Shown here piece by piece: positions 1-13,789 of a stretch of DNA of 64,000 nucleotides; the stretch's first letter is position 1; every line of letters starts with the position of its first letter. The stretch comes from the human T2T-CHM13v2.0 reference genome, Homo sapiens. The notes below the pieces were generated by a model, which saw nothing but the letters and a program-made list of their open reading frames with translations, made no database searches and had not been told where the DNA came from. Where the stretch lies: assembly GCF_009914755.1 (NCBI RefSeq), contig NC_060947.1. One strand, written 5' to 3'. Position numbers and translations under genes: made by a program.

Positions 1-640
1 AGTATGACCAATGCACAAAAAATAAGCAATTGTTAGAAGCTGTCTCTAAGGGGACCTACACGTTGAATTACTAGACTAAGACTTTAAATAAGCCTTTGTA
101 AGTATATGCAATGAACTAAAAGAAATCCCATCTAAAGAATTAATGAAAAGTATGACAATGATGTTTCAATAAATATATCATATAAATATAGTTATAAAAA
201 TAATGAAAAAGACCAACATTCTGGTGTTGACGAGTACAATGAGAATTATTAATTATACAGCCTCAACAGTAGATGTAAGCTGGCAGAAGAAATAATCATC
301 AAACTTTAATATGAGTCAATACAGATTGTCTAGTCTGGGGAAGAGGAAAAAATAAAGAAAAATGAACAGAACTTTAGATATACATGGAACAGCATCAAGC
401 ATACCAATGTATGACTTACAGTAGTTCTACAGAAGAGAAATATAATGGAAAAGAAATAGTTTTCAAAGAAATAAAGGCCAAAAAAGCCCCAGATTTTATT
501 AAACTTTAAACCACATATCCAAAAAGCTCAACCAACTTAAAAACAGCATCAAAAAAATTACTGTATAGGTGAATAGAATATACAACATAAATATATGCTA
601 GATGTAACTGCTTTTCCTTCTAGGTCATTTAAAAGAAAAA
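1..640 (+). mobile_element. Old L1M (L1MB/MC-type) ORF1-region fragment, interrupted by the younger L1 at 643
   Basis: A-rich degenerate L1 ORF1-like sequence; similar sequence resumes at about 7197 after the inserted L1. Confidence 0.65.
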
Positions 641-3389
641 ATGGGGAGGGGGACAATACGGCCAAATAGACACAGCCAAGAACTGCTGTTCCCATTGATA
701 GAGACAAAAATATCCAGTAAGCCAACATAATTAGAGCAGATCTTCAGAGGGAAAACACCGAGAGTGGATTGAGAGGCAACTCAGACTCTGAGGCTGAAGG
801 AGGAGGAAGCTGGAAACCCTACATGGGGTACCTGAGTGCTAGAGATAGTTCCTGGCCCCAAACAACTTCTGGGGAAGGGAAGAGTGAAGGAACTAAGGTA
901 CAGCTTATTCTCACTGCAGACCTTTAGGATACCAGCTACAGAGGACTCCATGTCCCCATGGATGTTTGAGCTGAGAAAGAGATGTTTTCAGAAAGTAGGC
1001 AGAGACAGGACTTCAGCTAACATGGAGCCAGGGGCTTTCCTGCATGAAGCAGCTCTGTTGGAGTGCAGCCGTAAGTGTCCAGGCCCCAGGGATCCCCATC
1101 TCCCTTCTAGAAGCTCTAGCCCCAGCTGACTGCCAGGCCAAGAGAGAGCAAGGGCAGCTTCCAGATGGAACTGGGGCACATTTATTCTGTACGCCCTACT
1201 GCTAGCCAGCATCTCCCAGGGCACCTGCCTGGCTGCCCCACAGAAGTGTGTGCACAATACAGCCTACACTCTCCAGGCTGAGTGCTTTGCTCCAACTGAG
1301 TACTTTCCTGGCAACCTGGGAGCACTTCAGATCCCTGAGAGCAGCTGGAGCCTGACCCCTAGCTGTGGGCCTGTCATGATGCCTTAGGGTTGCATCATGC
1401 AGCTCAGGAGTACTGAGCCAATATCTTTGGCCAGCACTCAAGTTGAAGAGGAGCCCCCAGTCTTAGAGCACTGAGAACAGTGAGACACATTAGTCCATCA
1501 GCTGGTGTGGGAGTGGGACATTCCTTTCTCTGCAAGGCCAGTCTAGAAACAGTGTGGCCTACCTGCCTGCTGCAGCCTCTGCCCAAGTGAGCCCCCTGGC
1601 CTGGAACGCCTAACAAAAGAAATGTGGGTGCAGTGCCAGTAATCAAATGGGGCTCCTCTAAGGCCCAGAAATCGACCTGGTGAGAGTGTCATCTCTTCCC
1701 CACCCTCTCCCACCACAGAGCACACATGCAAACATGAGAAAAAGAGTCACGTGGCTGTGTAAGAGCTTATCTACCAGTCATTATTCTTAAGCACCATCTA
1801 CTGGATCACAGCCCAAAAGACAGCCCCCAAAATATTCTGCTAACATACACCCCTGTGAAACCAAGGGCAAGAATTCAGCCTCAAATAAATATTGTTTCTG
1901 AAAACATCCACAAACAAAGCAAACTGACTATACCCAAATTACACCACAGTTAAAGGAAAACCAACCCTCCCAGATAAGAAAGAATCAATGCAAGAACTTT
2001 GGCAATTCGAAAACCAGAGCGTCTTCTTACCTCCAAATGAGCCCACTAGGTCTCCAGGAATGGTTCTTAACCAGACTGAAATGACTGAAATTACAGAAAT
2101 AGAATTCAGAATCTGGAGGGCAAGGAAACTTGACGACATTCAGGAGAAAGTTGAAACCCAATGCAAGGAATCCAATAAAATGATCCAATAAAATGATCCA
2201 AGGAGCTGAAAAGTGAAATAACCATTTTAAGAAAAAAACCAAACTGAACGTCTGGAACTGAGAAATTTACTACAAGAATTTCATAATGCAAATGGAGGTA
2301 TTAACAGCAGAATAGACCAAGCTGAGGAAAGAAGTTCATAGCTCAAAGATGTTCTTTGAGTCAACTCAGTCAGACAAAAATAAAGTAAAAAGAATTTTAA
2401 AAGTTGAACAAAACCTCTGATAAAAATTAGATTATATAAAGAGACAAAGCTTGTGACTCATTGGCATTCGTGAGAGAAGGAGAGAAAGTAAGCAACATGG
2501 AAAATATATTTGAGGATATAGTCCATGAAAATTTCCCTAATCTTGCTAGAGAGGTTGACAAGCAAATTAAAGAAATACAGAGAACCCTGGCTAGATACTA
2601 TACAAGACAACTATCCCAAAGGCACATGCTCATCACATTCACCAAGGTCAATGTGAAAGAAAAAGTCCTAAAGGCAGGTAAAGTGAAAGGTTAGGGCACA
2701 TAGAAAGGACACCTGATCGTCTACCAATAGATCCTTCAGCAGAAACCTTACAAACCAGAAGAAATTGGTGGTAGTGGTGGGCTATTTTCTACATCCTTAA
2801 TGAAAGGAAATTCCAACCAAGAATTTTATGTCCCACCCAACAAAGCTTCATAAGTGGAGAGATAAAATCTTTCTCAGATAATCAAATGCTGAGGGAATTT
2901 GTTACTACTAGATGAGACTGACAAGAAGTCCTTTAGGGAGTGCTAAACATAGAATTGAAAGGACACCTGCTTCCACAAAAACACACTTAAGCACATAGCC
3001 CATAGACATTATAAAACAACTGTGCAACCAAGGCTTCATAATTACCAGCTAACAACATGATGATAGTATCAAAATTTCACATATCAGTACTGACCCTAAA
3101 TGTAATTGGACTAAAAACCCCACTTACAAAACACAGAATGGAAGGCTAGATTAAATGACAAGACCCAATTGACTGCTGTCTTCAAGAGACCCGTCTCACA
3201 TGTAACAATACCCACAGGCTCAAAGTAAAAAGGATGGAAAAGGATTTACATGCAAAACAAAAAGAAAAAAGAGTACAAGTCTCTATTCTTATATCAGATA
3301 AAATAGAGTTTAAACCAACAACAATTAAGAAGAACAAAAAAAGGCATTACATTATGATAAAGGGTGCAAGTCAACAAAAAACTTAACTA

Positions 3390-3394
3390 TTATA

Positions 3395-3438
<44 letters not shown>
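3390..3438. repeat. (TG)n(TA)n microsatellite inside L1 ORF2
   Basis: Direct reading of the dinucleotide run. Confidence 0.9.
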
Positions 3439-3444
<6 letters not shown>

Positions 3445-6119
3445 ATTCGAGCATCCAGATTCATGAAACAAGTTCTTGATGTTCCAAAGACATAGACAGC
3501 CACATAATAATAGTGGGAGACTTCAACGCCCCACTGACAGCATTAGACAGATCATCAAGTCAGAAAATTTAGAAAGAAGTCCTGAACTTCAAAGAAGTCC
3601 TGAACTTAAACTTCACACTTGTCTAATTGGACCTAATAGAAAGCTATACAATGGTCCACCAAACAATCACAGAAAATACTTTCTTTTCATCTGTGCATAG
3701 AACATATTTTAAGATTGACCACATGTTCAGTAATTAAAGCAAGACTCAATACGTTAAAAAACAAAACAAAACTCATGCCCAGCACATTCTCAGATCACAG
3801 TGCAATAGTAATAAAAATTAATATCAAGAAGATTTCTCAAAACCACACACATACATGAAAATTAAATAACTTGCGCCTGAGTAACTGCTGGGTAAAGTTA
3901 AAAATTAAACCAGAAATCAAACATTATTTGAAACTAATAAAACTTGAGGCATAACTTATAAAAATCTCTGGGATACAGCTAAAGCGATGTTAAGAGAAAA
4001 GTTTACAGCACTAAAAGCCTTCATAAAGAAGTTAGAAAAAGCTCAAATTAACAATTTAACTTTGCACCCAGTGAAACTAGAAAAAAATAACAGACCAACC
4101 CCAAAGCTAGTATTATAAAAGAAAGAATTAAAATTAGAGAAGAACTAAATGATACTGAGACACATAAATCCATACAAAGGATCAATAAAATCAAGTGTTG
4201 GCTCTTAAAAAAATAAACAAGATAGAAAGTGCACTAGCTAGATTAACACAAGAGTAAAGAAAAGAAGATGCAAATAAGAACAATTGTAAATGATGAAGAC
4301 ATTGCAGTGGATCCCACGGAAATACAAAAGATCCTCAGAGACTATTATCATCAACTCTATGCAGACAAATTTAAAAATCTAAAGGAAATTGATAAATTAC
4401 TGGAAACACACAACCTGCCAAGATAAAACCAGAATGTGAAGACCTGAACAGACTAATAACATGTTCCAAAATTGAATCAGTAATAAAAACCCCTACCAAC
4501 CAAAAAAGCCCTGGACCAGATAGATTCACAGCCAAATTATATCACTGGTACCAATCCTACTGAAACTATTCCAAAAAATTGAGGAGGGGCTTCTCCCTAA
4601 CTCATTATATAAATCCAGCATTAACCTGATGCCAAAATCTGGCAGAGACACAACAAAAAAGGATAACTTGAGGCCGATATCCCTGATGAAAGTACACACA
4701 AAAATCCTCAAAAAAATAATAGCAAACCAAATGCAGAAGCACATTAAAAAGTCAATACACCAGGATCAAGCAAGCATTACTCCTGGCATGTAAGTCTGGT
4801 TCAACATACACAAATCAATAAATGTCATTCACTCATTATAAGAATTGAAAGCAAAAATCATTTGGTCATCTTAATAGATGCAGAAAAAGCTTTTGATAAA
4901 ATCCAGCATCTCTTCATGGGAAACACCTTCAAGAGACTAGGTATCAAAAAATCCATCTATGACAGACCCACAGCCAAAATCATAATGAAAGAGCAAAAGC
5001 TGGAAGCATTCACCTTGAGTACTAGAAAAAGCCAAGGATGCCAAATTTCACCACTCCTGTTTAACATAGTAGTGGAAGATCTAAACAGAGCTATCAGGCA
5101 AAAGAAAGAAATAAAAGGCATCCAAATGACAAAAGAAGAACTTAAACTATGTCTTTTTGCAGACAATATGGTTCTACACCTAGAAAACTCTAAAGACTGC
5201 CAAATGGCTCCAAGAAATGATAAAAAAACTTTAATAGAGTTTTAGGATAAACAAATAGAAGTATGAACATCAGTAGCATTTCTATCCACCAGCAATGTTC
5301 AAGCTGAGACCCAAATCAAGAACACATTCCAATTTACCATAGCCACAAAAAGTTAAAATATCCAGGAAGACAGCTAAGCAAGGAGGTAGAAGATCTCTGC
5401 AAAGGAAAATGTGAAACACGCTCTAAGGGTACAGTAACCAACACAGCATAGTACTGATGCAAAAACAAACACATAGACCAATGGAACAGAGTAGAAAACC
5501 CAGAAATAAAGCCACACACCTACGATCATCTGATCTTCAAAAAACCCTACAAAAACAAGCAATAGTAAAAGGACTTCCTATTCAATAAATGGTGCTGAGA
5601 TAACTGTCTATCCATATGCAGAAGAATGAAACTGGATCCCTATCTTTCACTGTATACAAAAATTAACTCAAGATTGATGAACAATTTAAAGGTAGGACCT
5701 CAAACTATTAAAATCCTGGATTTTATTAGCTTGAGCACCTTTCTCAACATCAGCCTTGGCAAGGAAATTATGACTAAGTACCCAAAAGTAAATTGCAACA
5801 AATCAAAAATTTTATTAAGGATCTAATTAAATTAAAGAGTATCTGCATAGCAAAATAAATTATCAACAAAACAAAGACATCCTACAGAATGGTAGAAAAT
5901 ATTCACAATCTGTTCATCCAACAAAGGTCTAAAACCCAGAATCTATAAGGAACTTAAATCAGCAAGCTTAAAAGAAATAAGCCTGTTAAAAATTTGCACA
6001 GGACGTGAATAAACCCTTCTGAAAAGAAGACATACAAATGTCCAACAAACATATGAAAAAATGCTCATCATCACTAATCATCAGAGAAACACAAACCAAA
6101 ACCAAAATGGCATACCGTC

Positions 6120-6479
6120 TGTATTAGTCCACTGCTATAAAGAACTGCCCAAGGCTGGGTAATTTATAAATGAAATAAGTTTAATTGACTCACAGTTCTG
6201 CATGGCTTGAGAGGCCTCAGGAAGCTTACAATCATGGCAGAAGACACCTCTTCACAGGGTGGTGGGAGGGAGAGGAACAAGCAGGGGAAATGCCAGATGC
6301 TTGTAAAACCATAAGATCTCATGAGAATTCACTCGCTGTCATGAGAACAGCATGGGAAACCACCCTCGTGATCCAGTTATCTCCACCTGGTCCCGGTTTT
6401 GATACGTGGGGATTATGGGGATTATGGGGATTACAATTGAAGATGAGATTTTGGGTGGGGACACAGCAAAACCATATCA
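6120..6479 (-). mobile_element. MaLR solo LTR (THE1D/MSTA-like) inserted into the L1
   Basis: tgtattagtcc...gggacacagcaaaaccatatca termini; 5-bp target duplication ccgtc (6115-6119) / ccatc (6480-6484) splitting the L1 motif ataccatctcacac. Confidence 0.9.
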
Positions 6480-7849
6480 CCATCTCACACTAGTCAGAAC
6501 GGCTGTTATTAAAAAGTCAAATAATAACAGATGTTGGAGTGGCTGAGAGAAAAGGGAATGCTTATACACTGTTGTTGGGAATGTAAATTGGTTCAGCCAC
6601 TTTGGGTAGCATTTTGGAGATTTTTAAAATAACGTAAACTGAGCTACCATTCAACCCAGCAATTTCATTATTAGGTATATACCCAAAAGAAAACAAATCA
6701 CTCTACCAAAAAGACACATGAACTCATATGTTCATTGCAGTACTATTCACAGTAGCAAAGACTTGGAAGCTACCCAGGTGCCCATCAGTGGTGGATTGGA
6801 TAGAGAAAATGTAGTACATATATACCATGGAATACTATACATTCATAAAAAGGAACAGCATCATGTTCTTTGCAGCAACGTGGTTGTAGCTGGAGTCTAG
6901 AATTCCAAACAAAGTAATGCAGTAACAGAAAACCAAATACTGCAATTTGTCACTTACAGGTGGCAGCTAAACTTTGAATACACATGGACATAGAGATAGG
7001 AACAATAGATACACAAACTATTAGATGAGGAAGGGAAGGAGGGGGCATGTGTTGAAAAGCTACCTATTAGGTGCTGTGCCTACTACTTGAGTGACAAGAT
7101 CCATAACCTAAACCTCAGCATCATGCAATATACCCATGTAACAAACCTGTACAAGTAACCCCTGTATCTAAAATAAAAATTGAAATTATTAAAAAACTTA
7201 AAAATTAATAATTATATAAATATCTTGGCAGGCTTAAAATGTGTAAAGATGTAATTGGTATGAATGTAGTAACATACAGGAAGACTAGAAGGATAGGTGC
7301 ATACTGGAAAAATATTTCTGTATGCTACTGAAATTAAGTTAGAATTATTACAAAGCAAATTGTTTCAAAATAAGATGCTAGTTATAAAACCCAAGACATC
7401 TTAGAAAATAACTCAAAAATAGAGTAAAATATACGAAAAGGAATTTAAGTGACACATTAGAAAATATTTTACTCAAAATCTGACAGTAATGGAAGATTAC
7501 AGGAACAAAGGTGACATAAGATATATAGATAATAGGAAAATGGCAGATTTCAGTTTTCTTGTCTGCATTATATATAAATTGTCTAAACACTCAAATGTCA
7601 GAAATTGGAAGAATGTATTTTTAAAGAAAAGTTCAACTTTAGGCTGCTTATATTAGACCCATTTTAAATAAAATGACAAAAATAGTTTGAAAGTAAAACA
7701 TATACCATGAACATAGTTTCTAAAATAGAGCCAAAGTGGCTGGAGTATTTCAGAAATCAAATGACTTGAGACATAAAATTATTACTGCATATGAAGAGAC
7801 ATTTTATAAAGATAAAAGTGTCAATCTATCAGGAATATATACCAATTAT

Positions 7850-8246
7850 AAGTATATACATGTATATGTATGTGTGTATATATATTATCATATATTATAC
7901 ACATATCATATATGTATTATGTATTATATTTATTATGTATTATATTTATTATGTATTATATATCATATATGTATTATGTATTATATTATACACACTATCA
8001 GAAGATCTACAGTTACCTATAAAAGATAATTCAAAAACAAGAATTATGTAGTATTAACATAAAATATTTTTCTATGCTTTAGAAAAAATATTTTTCTATG
8101 CTTTCTTTATAATATGTGTGTATATATATTATAACATATTATATATTATATTATATTATATATTATGATATATTTGATATATAATATAATTTTATTATAA
8201 CATAAAGAAAGCATAGAAAAGTATTTTAAAAATATCACATATTATA

Positions 8247-8278
<32 letters not shown>

Positions 8279-8280
8279 CA
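7850..8280. repeat. AT-rich low-complexity tract with (CA)n, containing templated direct and inverted duplications
   Basis: (TA)-rich runs; (CA)n at about 8248-8277; 20-bp direct repeat 8061-8080/8085-8104; 26-bp inverted repeat 8085-8110/8202-8227. Confidence 0.85.
7991..8066 (-). other. Inverted 76-nt copy of the exon A acceptor region (11036-11111)
   Basis: Manual alignment to the reverse complement of 11036-11111 gives 70/76 identity, no gaps, all six differences transitions. Confidence 0.95.
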
Positions 8281-9662
8281 ACAGAGCCTGAAAAGACATG
8301 AAGCAAAACCAACAGAATTTAAGAAGTCAGAAACAACAATGTTAGTTGGAGGTTTAAATATCCCACTGTCAATAATGGGTAATTAACTAGCCAGTAGATC
8401 AACATAGATATAGAAGACTTGCAAAAATCAATGAGATCTAATAGACATCTGTGGAACATTCCATGTAATAACAGCAGAATAAATATTCTTCTCAAGCATA
8501 CATGGAATATTCTCCCAGATAGACTATGTCTTATAGCATAAAATAAACCTTAATAAATTTAAAAGCGAGGTAATCATGTACAGTATGATTTTTGACAACC
8601 ACGGAATTAAATTAGAAGTCAAAAATGGAAATAAATTTGGGAAATCCTTGAATATGCGGAATTTAAAACAACATACTCCTAAATAACCAATAAGTCAAAG
8701 AAGAAATCACAAGGGAAATTAGAAAATGATATGAGATGAGTGAAAATGAAGACATAATTGACCAAAATTTAGGAGGTGCACCTGAAGCAGTGCTTAAAGG
8801 GAAATTTGTAGATGTGCATACCTGTAGTAAAAAAAGAAGAAAGATGTTAAGTCAGTTACCTAACTTTGTATCTTAAGTAACTAGAAAAACAAGCAAATGA
8901 AAGACAAGGCAAGCACAAAGAGGCAGTAAGAGAGAGTAGAGTGAAATAAAATGATATGGAAAATAAATCAATAGAGAAAACCAATAAAAACAAAAGTTAG
9001 TTATTTGAAAAGGTCAGTAAATAAGCTAATTTACCTTGACTGACAGAAAAAGAGAGAATACTCAAACTACTGAATTAAGAAATGAATATGGAGACACCAC
9101 TATCTACCTGAAGAAATAATAATTAGAGATAAATACTAAGAAAACCTGTATGCCCATAAATTTGATAATTTGGAAAAAAACTGACCAATATATAGAGTTA
9201 CAAAAACTACTGAGCTGACTCAAGAAGGAATAGAAATATGATGCACCTACAACAAGTAGAGAATTAGCATTTGTAAGACTTCCCACAAAGAAAACACAGT
9301 CTTAGATGGCTTTAATAGTGGATTTTACTCACAGTTGAAGAACTAATATTAATGTTTCACAAACACTTCTAAAAAATAAAAGATAAGTAAACATATTCTA
9401 ACTTCCACTTTGAGATCAATATTATTACCTAGATAATAAATCCAGACAGAGGCATCATGGAAAATGAAAACTACAGATCAGTTTTCCTTAGGATTATAGC
9501 CGAAATACTCTCAACAAAATATTAGAAAACTGAATTCAACAACATTTAAAAATGATTATACACCAACATAGAATATATGGAATTGTATTACCAGAGTCCA
9601 TGGCGATATATGGACTTTCCCTACACTACTGGAGTGTTTGAAGATTCCTAGAAAAGAAAATT

Positions 9663-10453
9663 CAAAAACAAGTGTTGGTGATGATGTGGATAAAGGAAAA
9701 CCCTTTTAAACTGTTGGTGGGAGTGTAAATTAGTACAGCCATTACGATAAACATTATGAAGTTTCTTCCAAAAATTAAAAGTAGAACTATCATATGATTC
9801 TGTAATTCTACTGCTGGGTATATATTCAAAAGACTTGAAATCTCTATGTCAAAGAAATATCTGCACTTTGTTGTTCATTGCAGCATTATTCACAATAGCC
9901 AAGATATGGACTGAACCTGTGTCCATCAACAAATGAATGGATAAAGAAAATGTGATATGTACGCAATGAAATACTATTCAGTCTTAAAACAGAAGGAAAT
10001 CCTGTCATTTGTGACATGGATGAACCTGGAAGCCATTATGTTGAGTGAAGTAAGCCAGGCACAGAAAAGCAAATATTGCATGATCTCAATTATATGTGGA
10101 ATCTAAAAAAGTTCAGTTCATGGAAGTGGAGAGTAGAATGGTGGTTATCAGGAGCTGATGGGGGGAGTTGTTGGAGAGATGTGAATGAAAGGACACAAAA
10201 TTTCAGTTTGATAGAAGAAATAAGTTCAAGAGAATTATTAGAGCTTGTGTACAGCATGGTTATGATAATTATAACAACGTACTGTATTCTTGAAAAGAGC
10301 TGAGAGAATAGATTTTTTGTTCACCACAAAAATGATAACTATGTGAGATAATGCATAGATTAATTAGTTTGATTTAGCCATTTCACAATGTATATATATA
10401 TATATATCAAAACATCATGTTGTACATTATATACAATTTCTCATCCATTAAAA
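9663..10453 (+). mobile_element. L1MA4/5-like 3' end
   Basis: ORF2 C-terminal remnant and 3'UTR motifs (ataagttcaagag...tcaccacaaaaatgataactatgtgag...catcatgttgtaca). Confidence 0.8.
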
Positions 10454-11085
10454 GTATGAAAAAGTTTTTAAAAGTATGCTAAATAAAAAAGTCAGTGACA
10501 AAAGTCCACATCGTACTGTTTAATTTCATTACTAATAATTGTTCATAACAGGCTCATATGTAGAGACACAAAGTAGATTATTGTTTCCCTGAGCAGTGGG
10601 AAGTAGGAAGATATAAGCACGCAGTAAACTGAAAGTTGGGTTTAGCCAGGGTGTGGTCAAATGCTGCTTAAATATTTTTTATTTGTTTTATTAATATTGA
10701 TGTAGAAATTTATTGAAATGATTCATCTCTTTTGTATATCAAACTGCCTAAAGACAATTGTGCATGGTTGATGAGAGCTATTCAGACTTTCTAAGCATCA
10801 ATGATCTTGATATAAGTAGCAACAGAATATAAGCATCATTTGTTTTGTAAGAATAATTTCCTTTGTTCCATTTTTAAATAGGTTTGTTCTTAGATTTCTC
10901 TTCTACTGGATGTAGAATTTTTCTGGCTTGCTGTTTTTTAAAAAAGTGAATGATTTTATTGGGGGTATTTAAATTAAATTTCAGTTTGTTCTATGCTTTA
11001 ACTTGTTACAGTAATTTCATGTAGTGTAGTGTACTTATTTTATGTTGATACTACATAATTCTTGTTTCTGAATTATCTCTTATAG

Positions 11086-11197
11086 GTAACTGCAGATCTT
11101 CCAATAGTGTGGGGAAATCCACAAATTACAGTATACCCTTATAAAGAAATTCTGTACCTGATTCATGTGCGCCCTTGGAAACGTGGTATATTGAAAG
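11086..11197 (+). CDS. CFAP47: CFAP47 internal coding exon A (112 nt, phase 0 to 1): VTADLPIVWGNPQITVYPYKEILYLIHVRPWKRGILK(G)
   Basis: Pyrimidine tract plus tatag acceptor; open frame; AAG|gtataa donor; terminal G plus GT of exon B forms a Gly codon in frame. Confidence 0.85.
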
Positions 11198-13789
11198 GTA
11201 TAAAATCCATTAATAAAATATTAGTCATTTTCCTACTACGCTAAGATGGAAATATGATGAGACAAATAGAAATGCAATTTGTATTTCCACTTTCTATTAA
11301 ATGACTCAGAAGAAAGTTTAATTTTATATTTCAGTCATTAGCTTTCTAAGTAATCAGGGCTTTGATGCATACATTTTATGTCTAGTGCTATATTATCTTG
11401 GCCATTTATTCAAATTTATTTGTGGAACAAATTTCTATAAATGAAAATATTTAATTAAGGGTATTTACATTTAAAATGTGATAAATACTTTCAAATACTT
11501 ATACCCGCGTATCAACCCAATGACATTTTAAGAGAATGTTTATTTACAGGACTGGATATTATAAAAACATTCACATGCACTTACTTGATATATGAAAAAT
11601 AAGTTAAAGGTTTGATATATGTGAATTTTTTCCTTTATCTTCCCTTGTCTGTAATAAAGTATTTATTTATGCAGATTTCCGCAATGGTCCCAGAACAGAA
11701 TTACTTACATGGGAATCGGAGGGAGAGGTGTTCCTGTTACTTTTTGAAGGGAGAGGGGTAAGAAGTGATAGAAGAGTAATAGCTAGTACTGAGTGATTAT
11801 GATTCATCAAAGGAATAAGTTGTCCTATTTGAGAGAAAATTAAATTCCCTATGGTAGTTGGATACTGTTGAGGAAATTATTATAATGTAGGTAAGTGGAT
11901 ACAACTTTAGAAGTGTAGAAAGCATATACATATACACATATTCTTTCTACACTTACATATGTAGTGGTATCTACTGCTCCTTGGATGTACTAGCCTCACA
12001 TCCCTGCTTACCTCAACAAAGTGTTTGAGGGAAGGGTTTATATCTAGTATAGAAGCGATAGTGAGCTGCTGCAAAGAAGAAAGTGCAGAGAGCATACTGG
12101 ATGCCTATGCTATTAAAAAGCAGAAGGGAAATTTCAGAGTGCCAACCACAATGATCCAATTATTACCACTGTAATAGAATTTATGTAGGAAGAAACAGCT
12201 GCCAATCCCCATTCCCTGCTTCTAGTGTGCTTAACCTCAAATGCCAACACAACAAAAATTGTTAGCATCTTCTGAAATCTTCCCCTTGTTTTTGAGATGT
12301 TTAGATTTACAAACCCCATTAATAAGTCCTCATTTGATAGGTAGGTTTGAGCTATAATGTCTCTAGTCCAAACATTTCAATAAAGTAACATATTTTACTA
12401 TTTTTTAGGTAATCCATAAGAAGTGAATTGATTTAAAGAAATTTAAGTTTTAGTTTTCATTTTAATTGTCATTGACAGTCCTAGTAGTTGGTATATTTTC
12501 CTTAATTTTAGAGTTTTAACTCGTCTTTTGTAAAAGGCAGCAAGTCATTCAGAATTGGTATAATTAGTTTTGATAAAACATAATCAATTTCAGTTTCCTG
12601 TTCTGTAGGAAGCAGTGAGTTCTACTACTTATGAGAAGAAACACATAAGAAACCACAAACTGTGAAACATTGTTGAATTTGGAATGTTTATAACTACCAC
12701 AAAGCCCCTGGTCTGTGAATCAAACTCTTAAAGTTATTGGAATAGACTGACGAAAAATTAAATAATTAGATTTGGCAGGCCTTTCCTTTGTGTAATCTTT
12801 TTTGTTGTTGTTGGTTTTAGCAGCTTTTGTGGCACCACAATATTTCAATACATATTTTTACTATTTTGATATGGACTATTAACATGTTGGTTTGAAAAAA
12901 TTTGGAACATATTTGGTGAAGTTAAATGCAGCGCAGGATACATTGTTAAGTGAGGATGAATTAGGTTAATGTTTCTGGCTATACAAACCATTTTACAGGC
13001 TTCATAATTTTGAAAAATATTTACAAGACGTGATCATGTTAGCTCTTCCCAGGGCAGTGCCTTAGAGTTAAATTAGTTGTCCCATTATGCTTTGGAAAAA
13101 ACAGCCTGTAAAAGGGAGCCTAGCTCTAATTTTTATTGATATTACTATTGGAAGACTTAAACTATAGATTAAACAGTATAAATACAATTGCTTCTGAACA
13201 GCTGCTAACTAATCTGAAGTGATATAAAGAAAGCTAGATTATAAAAATTTCACACATATGAGAATTTTCCTGCTTTTGCTGGTTAAAGAACCGTGTCCAT
13301 GTATGGGTGCATGCATGTGTACGCACGTGTGTTATGTATCAGATACTTTTTTAAAATTTTGTGTTCATTTTCAATTCTGTTATTGATTATATAATAATTA
13401 TTTACTAAAGACCTATAATTTGGAAAGCCTTTATAAACATAGTAGTTATGAACAAAGCTGACATTCAACTAATTATGCTTTGCTTATTGAAATATTGTAA
13501 CAACTGATCTTTTCTTATATGTTGGCAAATATTCAGTTGTTTGAGCTCCACTATCAAATAACTTTTGCCAGTCCAGATACCACAGCCCCTCACCCAGAAC
13601 TCTTGGAACCTCCCAACAATTTAGCAGCTCCTAAAGTGTTAACACATAAAGCATCAGGATGCCTCAGGACCTAGATCAGGCAGGACCTAGATCAGGTGTC
13701 CTTTCTGGTTGGTCAGTATTGGGATAAAGTTTTGTTAATTATTTTGAATATTACCACTGTATCTAAATATGAATATCACGTAGCTCCTT

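Larger units (their letters stand above)
643..7196 (+). mobile_element. Near full-length degenerate L1PA15/16-like LINE-1 (5'UTR, ORF1, ORF2 with internal deletions, 3'UTR, A tail)
   Basis: GC-richer 5'UTR 643-1950; ORF1 remnants (ENFPNLARE at 2461-2694); RT remnants ([18 protein letters not shown] at 4862-5245); 3' end ...aacctcagcatcatgcaatatacccatgtaacaaacctg...aaataaaaattgaaattattaaaaaa. Confidence 0.9.
7197..9565 (+). mobile_element. Continuation of the old L1M element (inter-ORF region and ORF2 endonuclease remnant)
   Basis: Degenerate EN motifs such as acagcagaataaatattcttctcaagcatacatggaatattctcccagatagac; interrupted by an AT-rich tract at 7850-8280. Confidence 0.8.

Noticed and set aside
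11675-11757. Possible cryptic exon (ttatgcag ... ggg|gtaaga) downstream of exon A
   Set aside because: Weak pyrimidine tract, not needed for frame continuity, no recognisable peptide
13665-13696. Perfect 16-bp tandem duplication caggacctagatcagg; similar short duplications near 2170, 3575 and 56180
   Set aside because: Ordinary slippage duplications with only two copies; not an array
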